Source: Lama glama (Eukaryota). Taken from it: DNA of 64,000 bases. The position numbers and the translations under genes are program-made. This document shows, piece by piece, positions 49,301-63,153 of this stretch (its first letter is position 1; the number at the start of each line of letters is the position of its first letter). The stretch lies in assembly GCA_028534125.1 (NCBI GenBank), contig CM052817.1, positions 70,992,001 to 71,056,000 on the forward strand, given 5' to 3'. The notes under the pieces are model-generated. The model had not been told where the DNA came from. It was given only the letters and a program-made list of their open reading frames with translations, and did not search any database.

Positions 49301-50212
49301 CCTTATCTTTATCCATAATGTCCTGCTGCTTGTCTGCTTAATATTTCTTACTGTTTTTGCTTTGTTCTCGTGGTACTCTTTCAGAAGCAGTGGGTACTTC
49401 GACAGTAGTGGTTGGAGACTGCAGAAGCATTAAGTAAATTTATCATTATTCTCACCATTCTACTGTTCAATATTTCTGAATTTAGAATATTCCATTGAGA
49501 GTCAACTCTATTTCTAATATGTTTCATTTTTAACCGAAACATGTATGGCAAGGTAAAAGAAAGTATATAGATTTAGGATGCCTTGATTAGTCATTTAAGG
49601 AAAGGGGGGCTTTCCCTTAGTGCCAGAGAGATTTATATATCTCAGGGCAAAGTATTGTAGTAAGATTTAGGATAAGTTAAGGGAATGTGTTTCCTTGGTA
49701 AGGTAAGAAAAAGTCTGTCGTTAACACAGGTACTTTCTTAGGTGGATACGTTTTAGGAAGAGTACTATGGAAAGTGAATCCCTTAAAACTATTCCTTTGC
49801 AAAGTCTTCTAGTGTGTGTACCTAGTTTGAAGACTAGATTAGGAAAGATAACAGTTCAAAAGTCTGAACTCTTGAATTTAAAAAAGCCAACCTTTACAAG
49901 GGAATTGTTTTCTTTAAAGACTAGTTTTGTTTATTCCCAGTGTAACAGTATCTAGGGAACAGTAAAGATGCCTTTTATTAAGCAACTCCAAGGATATGGT
50001 CTCCTGGTGTTTGGCCTGAAGGTACTATAATGATAGGTAGTTTAAGCAGAATGTCTTTTTTAAAATATTGGTCCCCTGTTAGTAACAGGCTCTTCGTCAT
50101 GTCAGATTTTGTCTATGACAAAAGTGTGTCCTGCTTCTTGGTTTACTGCATTCATACCTTGGAAGCTCTGGCTAAGACAGAGGAAGCTAGGAAGTAGCAC
50201 TCTTTCCCTGTT

Positions 50213-50237
50213 TGGTGGTGGTGGTGGTGGTGGTGGT
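50213..50237. repeat. (GGT)8 trinucleotide microsatellite
   Basis: Read directly from the sequence. Confidence 0.9.
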
Positions 50238-52557
50238 TGGGGTGGGAGGTAGTCCATGTACACGTCTGCAGTGTACTGCGTACAACCTAGAGCAGGCCAT
50301 TTAAATATGAATTGATTGTTATTTTGGAGCTCTTAACCTTTCTTCTGTGGATTAACTAAAATGTCATATTCTTGTGCCATTAGCATTCCCAAGCTTTTAA
50401 CGAAGTTTACTTAAACAAGCAAAGGAAGGCTAAATTCTGAGCATATTGAGTCACAGTTGGGGAAGAGCTTAAATCTTGACGCTTTCATTTCCAACACTTC
50501 TCAAAAAGGATTACGTCTTTTTTTAGGACAGAAAAATTTGAGTATGTTGTGTGACATTCTGTTGATACAATATATTGGCAACTGTTGTATAATCTAAAAT
50601 AATATTGTAACAAATAATACTGTTACTCTATTCTGTCTTATTCATACGTTTGTTTTAGTGCATTAAGTAGTTGCTCTATAAAAATTTTTTTAAATTATTG
50701 GATAGGCATCTCATTTGCTTCCAATTTTTAAGCATTGGATATTTTTCCAATAATAAGTGATATCTGTTTTTATTCAGTAAATCTGGAGAGAAAATATTTA
50801 TCTTATAATACATGTAGGTTTGTCCTCTACTTTGACTCCTTTGACTAGAGTCAACAGCCTGCAGATTGATTTAGTCATGAAAAGAATGGATTTTCTTCTG
50901 ATTTTTTCCCCGCTTATTCACCTTAGCACAGTAAATGGAATTTCTTGTTTTCTTCTTTTTCTTGTTTCTTCATAATACATATACATATACATATACATAT
51001 ACACACATGTGTACTTTTAAAAGTGCAATGCTAATTGCATTTTGAGAAAGTATTTCATTTTTAAAGAAATCCTTAAATTGAAGAATTTCTTTTCTATAAA
51101 ATATTTTTATAGTTAATTATGTTTAGTTATGCACTTCTTAGTATGTTTAACCTAAGGTCTAATATTAGTCAAATTTTCATTTTAGCTAGGCTTTTGTTAG
51201 AGGAACATGCCACCCTGAATTTGGTCTTTCAAGGTCTCAAGTTTATTTTTGTGTTGCCTGAACTTATTTTACATTGATTTTTACTTTCCCGGAAGAATTT
51301 GTGATAACTACTGTTTTATCTGTATTTAAAACATGTTTCAGCAAAGCTATAGATTCTTCCACGACTTCTTTCATCGTGAGGATAGTTTAACCTTTGCTCT
51401 CTTCTCAGCTCAAATTTTACTCTTTAATAGCTTTTTTCTTACTGTAGGCATGAGTTATGTTTATCCATGCTAATTAAAAAGGTCACCTGAAAAAAAAACA
51501 ATGAAGAGAGCATCTCATGACTCCCATGGGATTTTTTTTGTGAGGCAGGGCTTCATTGTGCTTTCAATCCTGTGAAATGTTCTTGGAAATCCACACTGCA
51601 TTTTTGAATTTTTGTTTTGTTCTTTTTTTTCCAAGTTGAGCTATAAGATTTTTATTTATAGGGATGTTTATTCTTATTTATGAAGTGTTCGCATTTTTAA
51701 TGAAGATTATTTTATTTTCCCTCTTTAAAATTTTGTGGTTAATTTTTGTCTTGATAATAAAATGCACAATCAACTTTTTTTTAAAAAGGGAAGTATTATA
51801 CAATTAGCAGTTGTTGTGCCTTTTCCACAGAATCTGCCTTCTCTTGCAGAGTCTCACACTGAGGACCAGTCTCAGTCACCTAGTTCAGACTCTCATGTAG
51901 TCAGCAGGCTGACGCTGAGATGACTGAGCATCTCAGAAAATTCACTCTTCTGTAATTGTCACACTTGTAGGGCCACAGTTAATAAGCACCCCCTCCCTTC
52001 TTTTTTTTCTTTTGAGCATCTACTGTGAGCAGAGAACTATGCTGAATACAGTTCTTTAACTGTCATTCTTTTTCCGTTGAGAGAACTGTTTTACCATCAG
52101 GGTGGCATTAGCAGAAGGAAGGTACCGAGGATCTGTATGTGTGTTGTATGCTGTATAAGCTCATTTCAGCAGAAATGATCACTGCCTATCAAGAATGCAC
52201 AGTCCCAAAGGACGTATACCACAATGGCCCCAAGGTCAAAGAAGGTAAACATGTATTGAGCTCAGTAAAATGTTCAGAGAGAATGAGTGCAGTTACCTAA
52301 ATATTATCAGTGTAAGACATGGTACTTGTTTCACACTTAAACCAGTTAGTTCGTATTAAAGCTGCTTTTACTAAACTGCTTTGCAGAGATTTTCTAACGG
52401 TTCCAGTTTTGATAATACATTTGCTAATATTAATATGCATGCTGGGATGTTCTTTGGTATGTCAAGAGTTCTTTCTCACTTTTGATGCAATGTCAAAATT
52501 TTGTTTCTCATCTTTCCTGTTGGTTTGACTCTTGTGTTTGTGCTTTCCACTTTACAG

Positions 52558-52662
52558 GCATGCAGTATGGTGAATATGTTAATAATCAAGCTAGCTCCGC
52601 ACCAACTCCCTTGTCATCAACTTCCGATGATGAGGAAGAGGAGGAGGAGGATGAGGAAGCAG
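52558..52662 (+). CDS. SEC24B: SEC24B coding exon 4 (GMQYGEYVNNQASSAPTPLSSTSDDEEEEEEDEEA), 105 nt, likely cassette exon
   Basis: Acceptor ctttccactttacag|GC; weak donor CAG|GTCTGC; encodes the acidic tract of SEC24B. Confidence 0.93.
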
Positions 52663-53579
52663 GTCTGCTTTAGCTTTACACCAGTTCTTGATCTTTTCCT
52701 GCTCAAGTTTTCTTTTTATGTCCACAGTCCTACTAGATTAAAAAAAGTGTCTTTGCAGATTCAGCTCAATAAACTTGCTTGGTTTGGGTTATAGAAGGTT
52801 GGGTCACTTGAAATGAGGTGTTTTGCTTGTTTACTTGTTTTTTTTTTTTCTCCTTTGGACATCTTTGCCATTTTGTAAGTAATACATCTGTCATGATGAT
52901 AGAGCGCCTTCTTTCAGAAATGCATTTTCTCTCATGCCACATGCAAAAGAATGAGTCCTGACTGAAGCTTTTGGCTGATGAATGCTCTAGCACCCTTTTA
53001 GGAGTAGTTTTATTTTCTGCTTTGCATGCTGCTTTAGTCTAATCAAAATGAACCATGTGGATTTTCTAAAAGTGACACAGAAATAGGGCAATGTTTCTCT
53101 GAAGTTCTTGTGGCCCTTTTGTCATATTTTTAGAAGACCCCAAATTTGTAGTTATTTTCCTGCTTCAGGAAGTAGTAGTTCACATCTTGCCAGTTGAAGA
53201 AATCATGCGTGGGATTATGTGTTGCAGCCTGTTTAATATCTTTTTCTGCCTTTGATGAATGGAACATTGCTGAATATTAAGTAGTTCAGTTTCTCTATTA
53301 ATTCTGATATTTTAAGAGTGAACCAATAAATGATGATCTTTCAAATTATTATACATGACCATGATTCTCCTTCTGTTAGCTTTATAATTGAGTGGCAGGA
53401 TTTGCTATAAATAGTCCATTTAATTAAAAGTTTCCATTCCCTTTGCCATTTTTAAGTATTCAAATCCATATGCATGATTTGGGGGGCAGAGGTGAGAATA
53501 GAGGGTCCCAGATGGAGAGTAATTTTTCTTACCTTAAACATGTAAATAGCCACATATCTTTTTGAGTTTGGCGTAATTT

Positions 53580-54795
53580 TTTACTTAATATAATTTCAAT
53601 CTTATGAAAGAGTTGTAAGCAGAGTAAAAGAAACTCCCATATAGACTTTACCAAGATAAACCATTTTTGCCCCATTTGCTTCTCTCTGTATACATTTTTT
53701 CTTACATCATTTGAACGTAAGGTGGAGATTCCATGAACTCTTTACTTCTAAATACTTCAGTATGTATTTCCTGACTGTAAGGACAATGTCTTACATAACA
53801 CAAGCACAATACAGTTCTCAAGAAATCAAACACTGAGGCGATAGTATCGCTACACAATCCTAGTCAAGTCTCAGCAGTTGTCTCAGTAAGGTCCTTTATA
53901 GCTGTTTCAGTGTTGCAGGATCCAGTGCAGGGTCATGCGTTGAACTTAGTTGTCAACTGTTTCTATTTAGACTCCCTCTACCTAGAACTGTTCCCTAACC
54001 TTTCTTTCTCTTTCTTGACTCGTGACATTTTTTAGGAATACAGGCCAGTTATTTTGTAGAATGTCCCTCAACTTATGTTTACCTGATGTGTACTCATGAT
54101 TAGGGTAAAATCATGCATTTTTGGCAGGACTACCGCTGAAGTCCTGTTGTGTTCGCAGTACGTTCTGTCCGAGGCACGTGATGTTGACTTGTTCCCATGT
54201 TGGTGATGCTAACTTTGGTCACTTGAGTAAGATGGTGTCTGCCAGGTTTCTCAGCTGTAAAGTTACTGTTCCTCCCTTGAATTTAATTGGTAATTTGTGG
54301 TGAAATTCTTTGATACTGTGTAAATGTCCTGTTTTTCATTAAGCTGTCACGCATTAGTTTTAGCATTTACTGGTGGTTTTCTAGTTCCAACATTCCTTCT
54401 GTATTTATGAATTGAGGTTTCCTTGTAAAGAGCTTTCCCTTCTTTGCTGATTTCTTTGGGTTCATATGGACTCATGGATTCTTATTTTATTCAGTGTGTA
54501 ATAATCCATTACTATCGTTAGTTAATTTGGTAGCAACTTATCCTTAACCTGGCCAGTAGCAGCTCTTTCAAACTGGCTTTAGAATGTTCCCATGAATCTT
54601 TAAACACTTATGTTAAATACCTTAGGTCTCAATAAGATGTTCCCGGCTCATCTTGTATTTAGGCAGCTGCAACCCTGGGATGAACCATTTTCTTTAGTCT
54701 TGATTCCTGTGATGCAGAAGGGTATTTTAGAAACCAAGATCTGATTGTAATGTGTGGTCATTGCTACTGATGGGTCATTGCTCCCAGGCCCTGAG
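53580..54795 (-). mobile_element. L1MC-like 3' UTR remnant
   Basis: tctaaatacttcagtatgtatttcct...caggccagttattttgtagaatgtccctcaac...gtattttagaaaccaagatctg. Confidence 0.75.
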
Positions 54796-55124
54796 TTACT
54801 ATTACTATTTATTGTATATATTTTTTTTCAGATTCTAGATACATCTCACTTTTTTATCTCATGATCCTTATTTTGCACATTTCGGAAATGTGTTATTTTG
54901 TGTAATGTTATTTGTCAACCTGAATTGCTCCCATTTTTGTTCTGCTTACAATTAGGTGCAGTGGTTGATAATCCCATTTCCTTAAATTGGAAAAAAAAAA
55001 AGGAAATCAAAAAGATTTAGCCTTTATGGCTTTTCTTCTGTCACCTTATCTTGTTTAACTACTTTTTTCTTGAGTATATTAGATTAAAATTCCTAAGTTC
55101 TTAACGCATGGCATTTGGATTTTA

Positions 55125-55610
55125 ATAATGCTTAACATTTTTGAGTACTTACTGTGTGCCGGTGACAGCACTAAAGAGCCAAAAAGCTGTAGGTTTTTGT
55201 GTCAGTTCTTCTAGATTCAAATCTTGACTTTGTCACTTACTAGCTTGTGAACTTAGGCAAGTTTCTTAAACTCATTAATGTTAAAATGAGTTTCAATTTA
55301 CTCATCTGTAAAATGGGAATAATAATAGTTACAATTATATATGGTTGTTTTCAAGATTGAAGGTATTCTTTGTAAAGAGCTTAGAGCAGTGTCTGACAAA
55401 TGGTGAAAACCTCTGTAAAAGAATAGCTGTCATTACTGGCATTGAGAACATGTTCGTATCTCAATTTATTCTTTATCTCTAGCCAGAGGTAATTGGCTCC
55501 ATTTTGCAGATGAGTTGAGTGCCATCTGAACAAGTAGAGTAACATTTGTCTCTGGTCACACAACTCCTAGGAACAGAGTAGGGACTCAGACTGAGGTCTC
55601 TCTGTCTGCA
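55125..55610. mobile_element. Nested/inverted MIRs: + strand MIR (about 55190-55405) between two pieces of a - strand MIR
   Basis: ttgagtacttactgtgtgcc (-), gtcacttactagcttgtgaacttaggcaag...catctgtaaaatggg (+), ccattttgcagatgag...ggtcacacaact (-). Confidence 0.65.
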
Positions 55611-58600
55611 GAAAGGTATGAAGAAGAAAGAGTCTTCATCTCCTAGTGAGAAACACAAAGCTCTGGGGTAGGACAGAACTAAAGGGCACGTGGCAGTGGT
55701 CACCGCGGTATCACTTACATGTGGGCTTCCTCCTGTGCCTTTCTTATTAAGCAGCAAAATAATAAGACTATATGATGCACAGTTTTACTAGGATCCTATT
55801 GTTGTCTCTTCATGGTTTGTAAAAAAAAAAATCATATTTCTGTTGTTTGCAGATTAAAAGAACATTCTGTGTGAGAGGAAAGAAAAAATGGAAAGAAAAC
55901 CTAGCTTTAAAATGAATTTTAGTTTTATTTTTGAAACCCCGCTCAGTTGCAGTACTTTTTTCCATATGTAAAGAGGTAAAAGAAAGTGGCTCAAGTTGGC
56001 ATGGGGATTACATACAAGTATTTTTACCAAGTAGAGATCTGGAATGCTCTACTTTTTAAGCATTTCAGTGGTTTTTATTTCCTATAATCATGAGATTTTT
56101 GTGTGTGTGGTTTATGTGGTTATTGTTCACCAATTTCAGAAAAACTTATTGAACAACAGTGAATATCAGCTAGCAGATTTGGAAATCAGTAATATTTTTC
56201 TTTACAGTTGTAGTTAAAGTAACTATCCACTTATTTTAGCTTTTCATTTATTAAATAAAGGTTAGGGTTTCCTTGGCAGCAGGTCTAACCAGGAACCAAG
56301 TACAGGGATATTTATTTAAAACTTGCAGTTTTCAAAGAAAACTTTGATTTCAGTTCTAATTTTACATAAATCATCTAATTGTATTTTTTAAGTCACATGC
56401 TACAAATAGGCTTCCTTTTTAAAGTTTCCTCATTAAATGCACACTTGGAAACTAAAATAGTATTTTGTACTAGAGACAGTCTTATGTTTTGTTGGAGTTT
56501 CTAAAAGTCAGAATTGTTGGAGAATAAACTTAAAATTAAAGAAAGCTTAAGCAGATAGCAAGCTGTCAGGTTCCCATAGTGGTTATATCTGAAATTCTTC
56601 ACTAGGTTTATTCAGTCACAGGGATTCACTCCTTCAGTTGTTAGTGCCAGAGAGAGCGTGGACCTGTCCTGGGTTTTAGATACGGTGCTGAAGACAAGTA
56701 CTGTCGCACCTGTAACAGGAAGGAGTACTGACTTGAACATGGAGTGAAAGGGAGTAAGAGTGAAATAAAAATTGAGAAGTGAAATAAAGTGAAAGAGGGG
56801 GAAGGAAACAAGGACTAGTTGAGGCTCCAGGCTGTGGCCGGCCCTAGGCCCTGGGAGGCCTGGTCGGCTAATGCCCTGTCACATGCTATAAGTACTCCCA
56901 GTCGCCTCAGAGTGGGACGACTCCAGGGGACAATGGGAAGCTCTCCCCCATGGCTCTGGTGATGTGACAGCTTGATGCTATATTTTGTAAATGATGTTAG
57001 AAAAAAATTTGCTCTTTCATAACGAGTTTTAAGGTGCTAGTCAGTTTTTATTTGACTTTCACACAAGCTAATAGTAATTATTCAGTGCCAGGCACTACGT
57101 CAGAGATCATAATATGTTTATGGTTTGCTTGGGTAATTTAAGAGGTAATATTGTATTTTGACACAAAATGTGTTAAGTCAACCTCTGTAGATAACAGGAC
57201 AGTATTGGCCACTTAACTCTAACTTCCAAAGAAAAGTCTATTTTTTTTAAATTCAAGTATGTAAAACAGTATTAACTGTAATCATTATGCTATACATTAG
57301 AACCCTAGATCCCTAGAACTTACTCATTGTCCTCTTTGACGAACATCTTCCCTTTTCTTCCACCCTCATCCCTAAAAAAAGTCTTTAAAAGGGTTCAAAT
57401 CTTTCTCTTTAACTCATGTACTATTTGATTATTTTAACAAATAAATATCTTTCAACTAAATATAATGCATATTTAATATATTTTTAAAATTTTAGAAATT
57501 GAATGCATGTCCTGGGTCTCTGAAGGATAGAAAAAGATATCTATGCCATTATGAAAAGTATTAGTTTGAGAGTTAAAAAGAAAATGTAATATATTTATAG
57601 GTGGTACCTGTTACCTGATGAACATATAACTTGCAAGCATCCTGTTTATATAATTGCTATCGCTGGAAACTCCAACTTTCTGTACAGGACTACAGAAGAG
57701 GGAGACTTGGTATCAGTGTCCAGAGTTAGAATTCAAGAAGTACTTTCAAGTAGAAATAGTGTTCAAATGGTGATTGGATGTCTAGGCTAGTCCCAAAGCT
57801 AATTAAGTACTAAACATTTGCAAATGCTTTATCTTTTACAGCGTGTTGTAAATTTATAGTATTTAATCAACAATATGGATTATGGGTTTTATAAGTGCCC
57901 GTGAACTAACTTGGGATAATAAGTACCAGTTATTTCATTATTTCCCTGAAGAAGTGTGTTCTAAGTTCTGAACAACCAATTTATAAACAAATTAATAATG
58001 CCCCATTTGTGAGCTTGATTAAAAACGAGAAGCTCACAGTCTGCTTTAGAATGTAGAACAAAATTTTAAGTCCTGTGTTAATCATGGTGTTTTTTGGAAT
58101 ACACAGGAGAATCTGGAGCCAAATGTTGGGATGGGATGGGATGGATTGGAGATGATAGAGAGGGTTGGGGGTTGGAGGAAGGTAGAGGAAGTTGGAATTG
58201 GGCAGGAGAGAGGCCTGGGGAGAGGCAGAGGTACTTTTTAAAACAAGCAAGAAGCTTGAGAGAAGGTGGCATATTTGTGGAAGTTTAGTGAGTCTGGGAC
58301 CTATGGTCTGCAGAGGATAGTGCCAAGAATTGAATGAGGTTGGGTAGGATGGCTGGGTGAGATCTTTCAGAATCTTGAATTTCATATTTAGGAGTTTGGA
58401 TTTTATCTTGAAGGTAGTGAGGAGTCACTGAAGGAGTTTACAAGGAAAAATAACATAACCAAATTTGCATTTTAGATGTGCAAATTGATTTTCATTTACA
58501 GAAAAAATTTTTGAAACTAGAGGCTATTGGAATAAGCCAGTGAGAAAAGTGAGTTCTTAAACTAAGGTAGCAGGAGGATTGGAGACAGGGAGAGTGTTAG

Positions 58601-59667
58601 CATAGTAATACAGAAAGAAGGGAACCATTTTTGCAAATCAAAAGTAACTGGGTTGGCAGTGATAAATGTTAAGGAAAGTTTGGTTTAAGTTGAGAACAAA
58701 CCATTGGCTTTATTAATCAGGAGGTTCTTGCCTTGTTCTTTCTTTCCCTCCTCATTTGTAGCTCTGTTTTAGGATAGGGAAAGGAAAGAGAAAATGAAGA
58801 AGTTTTTTTTTGAGTCACTGCTAGTATCTGTGTAATTTATATCTGTTATATCTGTATAATCTTAACATTAGCCCTGTGGAGTAGGTGTTGTAAAATCTGT
58901 TGTTAAAAATAAGGAATGACTCAGATTCAGGAGTCTTGTCCATTTTATCTCATCTGGTAAGTGGTAGAGATGGAATTTGACTTACACTTTTTCCATATTT
59001 TATGCAAGTTATAAGGAAATAAAATCTCAAATTATTAATTTCAAGTTGAGCAATGCTAGTAAAAGCATTAGACTGTGTTAACCTATGGAGAGAGAGCAGC
59101 TTAAGTCTTTTAGAAGGCTTCAGTGCGTCCTGGTATTTTTTCCCAGCTTTACAGGTTCTGAGCTATTCTTCTGATCCAGTCTCTTCCTTCTTTCCTCAGA
59201 TTTAGCTCCCCTCTTTCCCTCCTTCCTCTTTGCTTCTCTTGACCAGTGGCATAGAGCCAATAAAAGAATGAGCAGAAGTGCTTCCCAAGTGCACATTTAT
59301 ACTCACCCTCCATATGACCTCAGGAATATATATAATCACTAATTGTAGTGTGAAGTGACTAAGGCAGACTTGGACCTATCGAAGGTTTAAGAGTGGTGAC
59401 AATTACCAAAGTTTCTCATTCAACTAAAATCAGCTTGTATGCAGAAAGCAGTATTTTTCTTGGTATCATGGTTCCAAAGAGCAATACAGTAGCATAACTG
59501 CCTCTATATACTTGTAATATAATAGGAAAGCAGGTATCATATATGATTATAGTGCAGCTTCTAAAGTACAGTAATTCAGGGTTGAGAAAATGTCCTGTAG
59601 GAGAGGAAATGATTTTCCATGAGCATATCAGAAGAGTTTCATGGAGGATTTGAAATCTGAAGGATGA

Positions 59668-59802
59668 GGGAGGAAGGTAGAACTCAGTGGTAGAGCCCGT
59701 ACTTAGCAGGAGATCCTAGGTTCAATTCTCAGTACTGCCATTTTGAAAAAAGAAAAGAAAAGAAAAGTTAAAAAAAAAAAAAAAACCTCTTAAAAAAAGA
59801 AA
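59668..59802 (+). mobile_element. tRNA-derived SINE, camelid vic-1-like, with long A-tail
   Basis: gggaggaaggtagaactcagtggtagagcccgtacttagc...cctaggttcaattctcagtac (A/B boxes); TSD GAAAYYTGAAGGATGA at 59652-59667 and 59803-59818. Confidence 0.8.
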
Positions 59803-60674
59803 GAAACTTGAAGGATGAAAGGGAATTTGCCATGTGGAGAAAAGAAATCTAAGCTAACAGACCAATTTGTACAGTGCATATAACACGGGAAAAAGTGGTG
59901 TATTGGGATGAAGAGTGAGAAGACTGGTGTGACTGTGTCACAGGGTAAAAGAGGAAAGATGGTACAGGAGCAGGTGAGAGATGGAGGAGAAAAGGAAAGT
60001 GGAAACCAAATTTTGAAGTTTCTTTTATGACAACACAAAGGCATTTAGACCTTATTCTGTAAGATTAGTGAAGGTATTTTTAAGCATGTCTGGCATATTG
60101 ACATATTTCATAATGTACCTTTTAAAGAAAATACCATTTTGATTTGTGTTGGCAGTTTTGGCATAACCTGATTAGAATTAATCTGAACAATTAAGTTCTA
60201 GCAAAATTTGAGTCTATTTAGTTTAGTGGATTTATAACTTATTGTTTGCTTTGGCGTTTTAACAAGTTCCGAATAGAGATTTGCATTTGTACTTTACTTT
60301 AAAAGTGAATTTTAAACGAGCAGGTTTCAAATTATCCAATAAAATAAGAATATTTCTATCACGTTAATACTTTAAAGTTTGTTACTATAGCATTATTATT
60401 AAAATGGGCAATATTTTTAAGCATTAATATTTGATTTGACATGAAAGAAGCTAAGGAGTATGCTTAAGCAGTATTATGTTCTGTGAAATAATTTGATATG
60501 TGTCAGTAATGTTTTTTCCTTTGGATTTAATTTTTTTCAAGAGTAATTATTTCTAGATATTTACATTTTAAAGTTTTTCTTGATGAGAGAGAATATTATG
60601 GTATTTTTAAAATCAACGATGTACATTTTTTCCTATTAAAATCTGCTCTTATTTTTGCCCGTTTGCTTTTTTGT

Positions 60675-61690
60675 TTAAATTGAAGTACAGTCACTTTATA
60701 GCATTTTGTTAGTTTCAGGGGTACAGCATAGTGATTCGGTTATTGTTTTCTAATTACATTCCGTTTTAGATTGTTGCAAGATAGTGAAGATAATTCCCTG
60801 TGCTATACAGTAGGACCTTGTTGCTTATCTACTTTATGTATAATACTTTGTATGCAAATATATTCTCTCATTCTGTTATCTATCTCCTTACTTCCTTGAT
60901 GGTATTGTTTGGCACACTAGTGTTTTATTTTAATGAAGTCCAAAATATCTATTTTCTGTCTTCTGTTGCTTGTGCCTTTGATGTCACATCTAAAAATCCA
61001 TTGCCTAATCCGGGGTCATGAAGATTTACTCGTGTATTTGAAGAGTTTTAGTGCTTACATTTAGGTCTGTGATCTATTTTGAGTTAATTCTAGCGTAAGA
61101 TGTAAGGAAGGGGCCTAACTTCATTCACCTGCATGTGGATATCTGGTTGTTCCAGCACCATTTGTTGAAGAGAATATTCTTTCCCCATTGAAATGTCTGC
61201 ATATTGATCTGTTTTGAGGTGAAATCTGCGTAACATAAAATTAACCATTTTAAAGTGTACAGTTCAGTGGCATTTAGCATGTTCACAATGTTGGGCAACC
61301 ACCACCTCTGTCTAATTCTGTCACTTTGGTTGTTGTGCAGTCACCACTTCTATCTAGTTCTGACTTTGTAAATGTACTGAACTAGATGGTACGAAACACT
61401 TTCATCATTCCCAAAGAAAACTGTATACGCATGAAGCAGTAACCTCTGATTTCCCCCTCCTCTCAGGCCCTGGCAACCACCGGTTTACCTTCTATCTCTA
61501 TATAGATTTACCTATTCTGGATATTTCATATAAATAGAACCATACAATGTGTAACCTTTTGTGTCTGGCTTCTTTCACTTAGCATGTTTTCAAGGGTGAC
61601 TCATATTATTGCATGGATCAGTATATCATTCCTTTTTATAGCTGAAAATATGTTGTATAGATAGACATCTGTTGATGAATATTTGGGTTT
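60675..61690 (-). mobile_element. Cluster of L1 fragments (younger 3' end, older ORF2 piece, L1MB-like 3' UTR)
   Basis: ttccctgtgctatacagtaggacc; ttccagcaccatttgttgaag; aaaattaaccattttaaagtgtacagttcagtggcatttag; tctggcttctttcacttagcatg. Confidence 0.8.
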
Positions 61691-63153
61691 TGATGTATTG
61701 TTTTCTAATGCTAGCCCTTCAATATTTTTGACCTTATATATCAGCATTCTTCTTTAGGTATAAATCAACAAATACAAGGAACAGAAAGGAAGAGCCTTTG
61801 CTTCCCATTCTTAAGAGTAATGACATACACATGCAACGATTTTCTGTTTACCACAAAGAAAGCACTTAGAATGTATTAGTGTCTTTCACCTACTATTTAT
61901 TTCATAGCCTTCATGTTTTATAAGTTGCTTCCTATCCGCTGTCTCATTTAAGCATCACAAGAACATTAAAAATCACACATAGGGCATTTAAAAAATTGTT
62001 CTCATTTTGCAGAGGAGAGTACTATTGATGATTGTCATTTATCCAAAGTTATTCAGCAAGTAAATGATAAAGTGCAATATAACTACAGTCTTTTGCTTCC
62101 AACTCATGTTCTTTACTGATAATAAAAAATTCCTACACAAAAAACTTTGGCTGTTATGCCCTGAGTCAGTATACCAAATTCTTGTAGTTAGCCAAAATTA
62201 TTCAATGAAAGATTATGCATACCTATTCGTAGTTTAAACCTTGGTTATCATGTCGGTGTGAAGAGCCCAGGATCACCTCTGTACCACAGAATTTTGTCTT
62301 ATGGTGAAAAAGACCAAGATCTCTAACAGAAGAGAAGGGCCATGCGCATTTTCAGTTTTATTCATCAGTATGTACTCTAGCGTTCCCACCTAGGATAACT
62401 GTGGGCTCTCAACAAAATATTTGTTGAGTGAATGAGTGGGAGAAGTATATTGTATGTTCTACTATTTGTGTGACTTACCACTAAATTCTATTATAAATTG
62501 CCACTGAACATTCCTATTAATCTTACAAGTTTTGAATGAATACACATAATAAAAAATCTTACAGTCTAACACTTATTTATTGCAGTACCTTATGAAATAT
62601 ACCAGGTACTGTTTGAGCTTTACTGAGGAGATGAATAAACTGACTCACAGAAATGCTAAGTAATATGCTAGGGAGCAACCCAAGCCATAGACTCCTCTCA
62701 TATGAAGGTTTCATACAGCTATGCTGAGTTATAAAGTCATTAGAATTTGATTATCTTAAAATAGCCTAATATTGATAAAAGGGATTTAATAGCCTGGGAC
62801 TTGGTAGAGCCTATCTTCAGAGAGTGATTATATTAACATTTCTATCAATCTAAAATTGATGTTTGTGTTTGACTACTTTTAAAGTTTGATACTTGTTTAA
62901 GATGCCTTCACATGTGTCTGAGTACATTTTATTCCACCCATCAGTCGTATATTCTTCCCGCTCTCATCCCCTATTCTTATTAGCAGAAAATTTTATATGG
63001 TTTTTACAGTGTCATCAGACATCAGTCACTCTGATTTTTACTAGAGCCAGGAATTTTCCTAGATCAGCAAAACATCTTTCTCAAAATTGCCAAAGGTCGC
63101 TTTAAGGTACATTATCATTTTACACTTAGTAGATATTTTGGTTTTCCTTTTAG

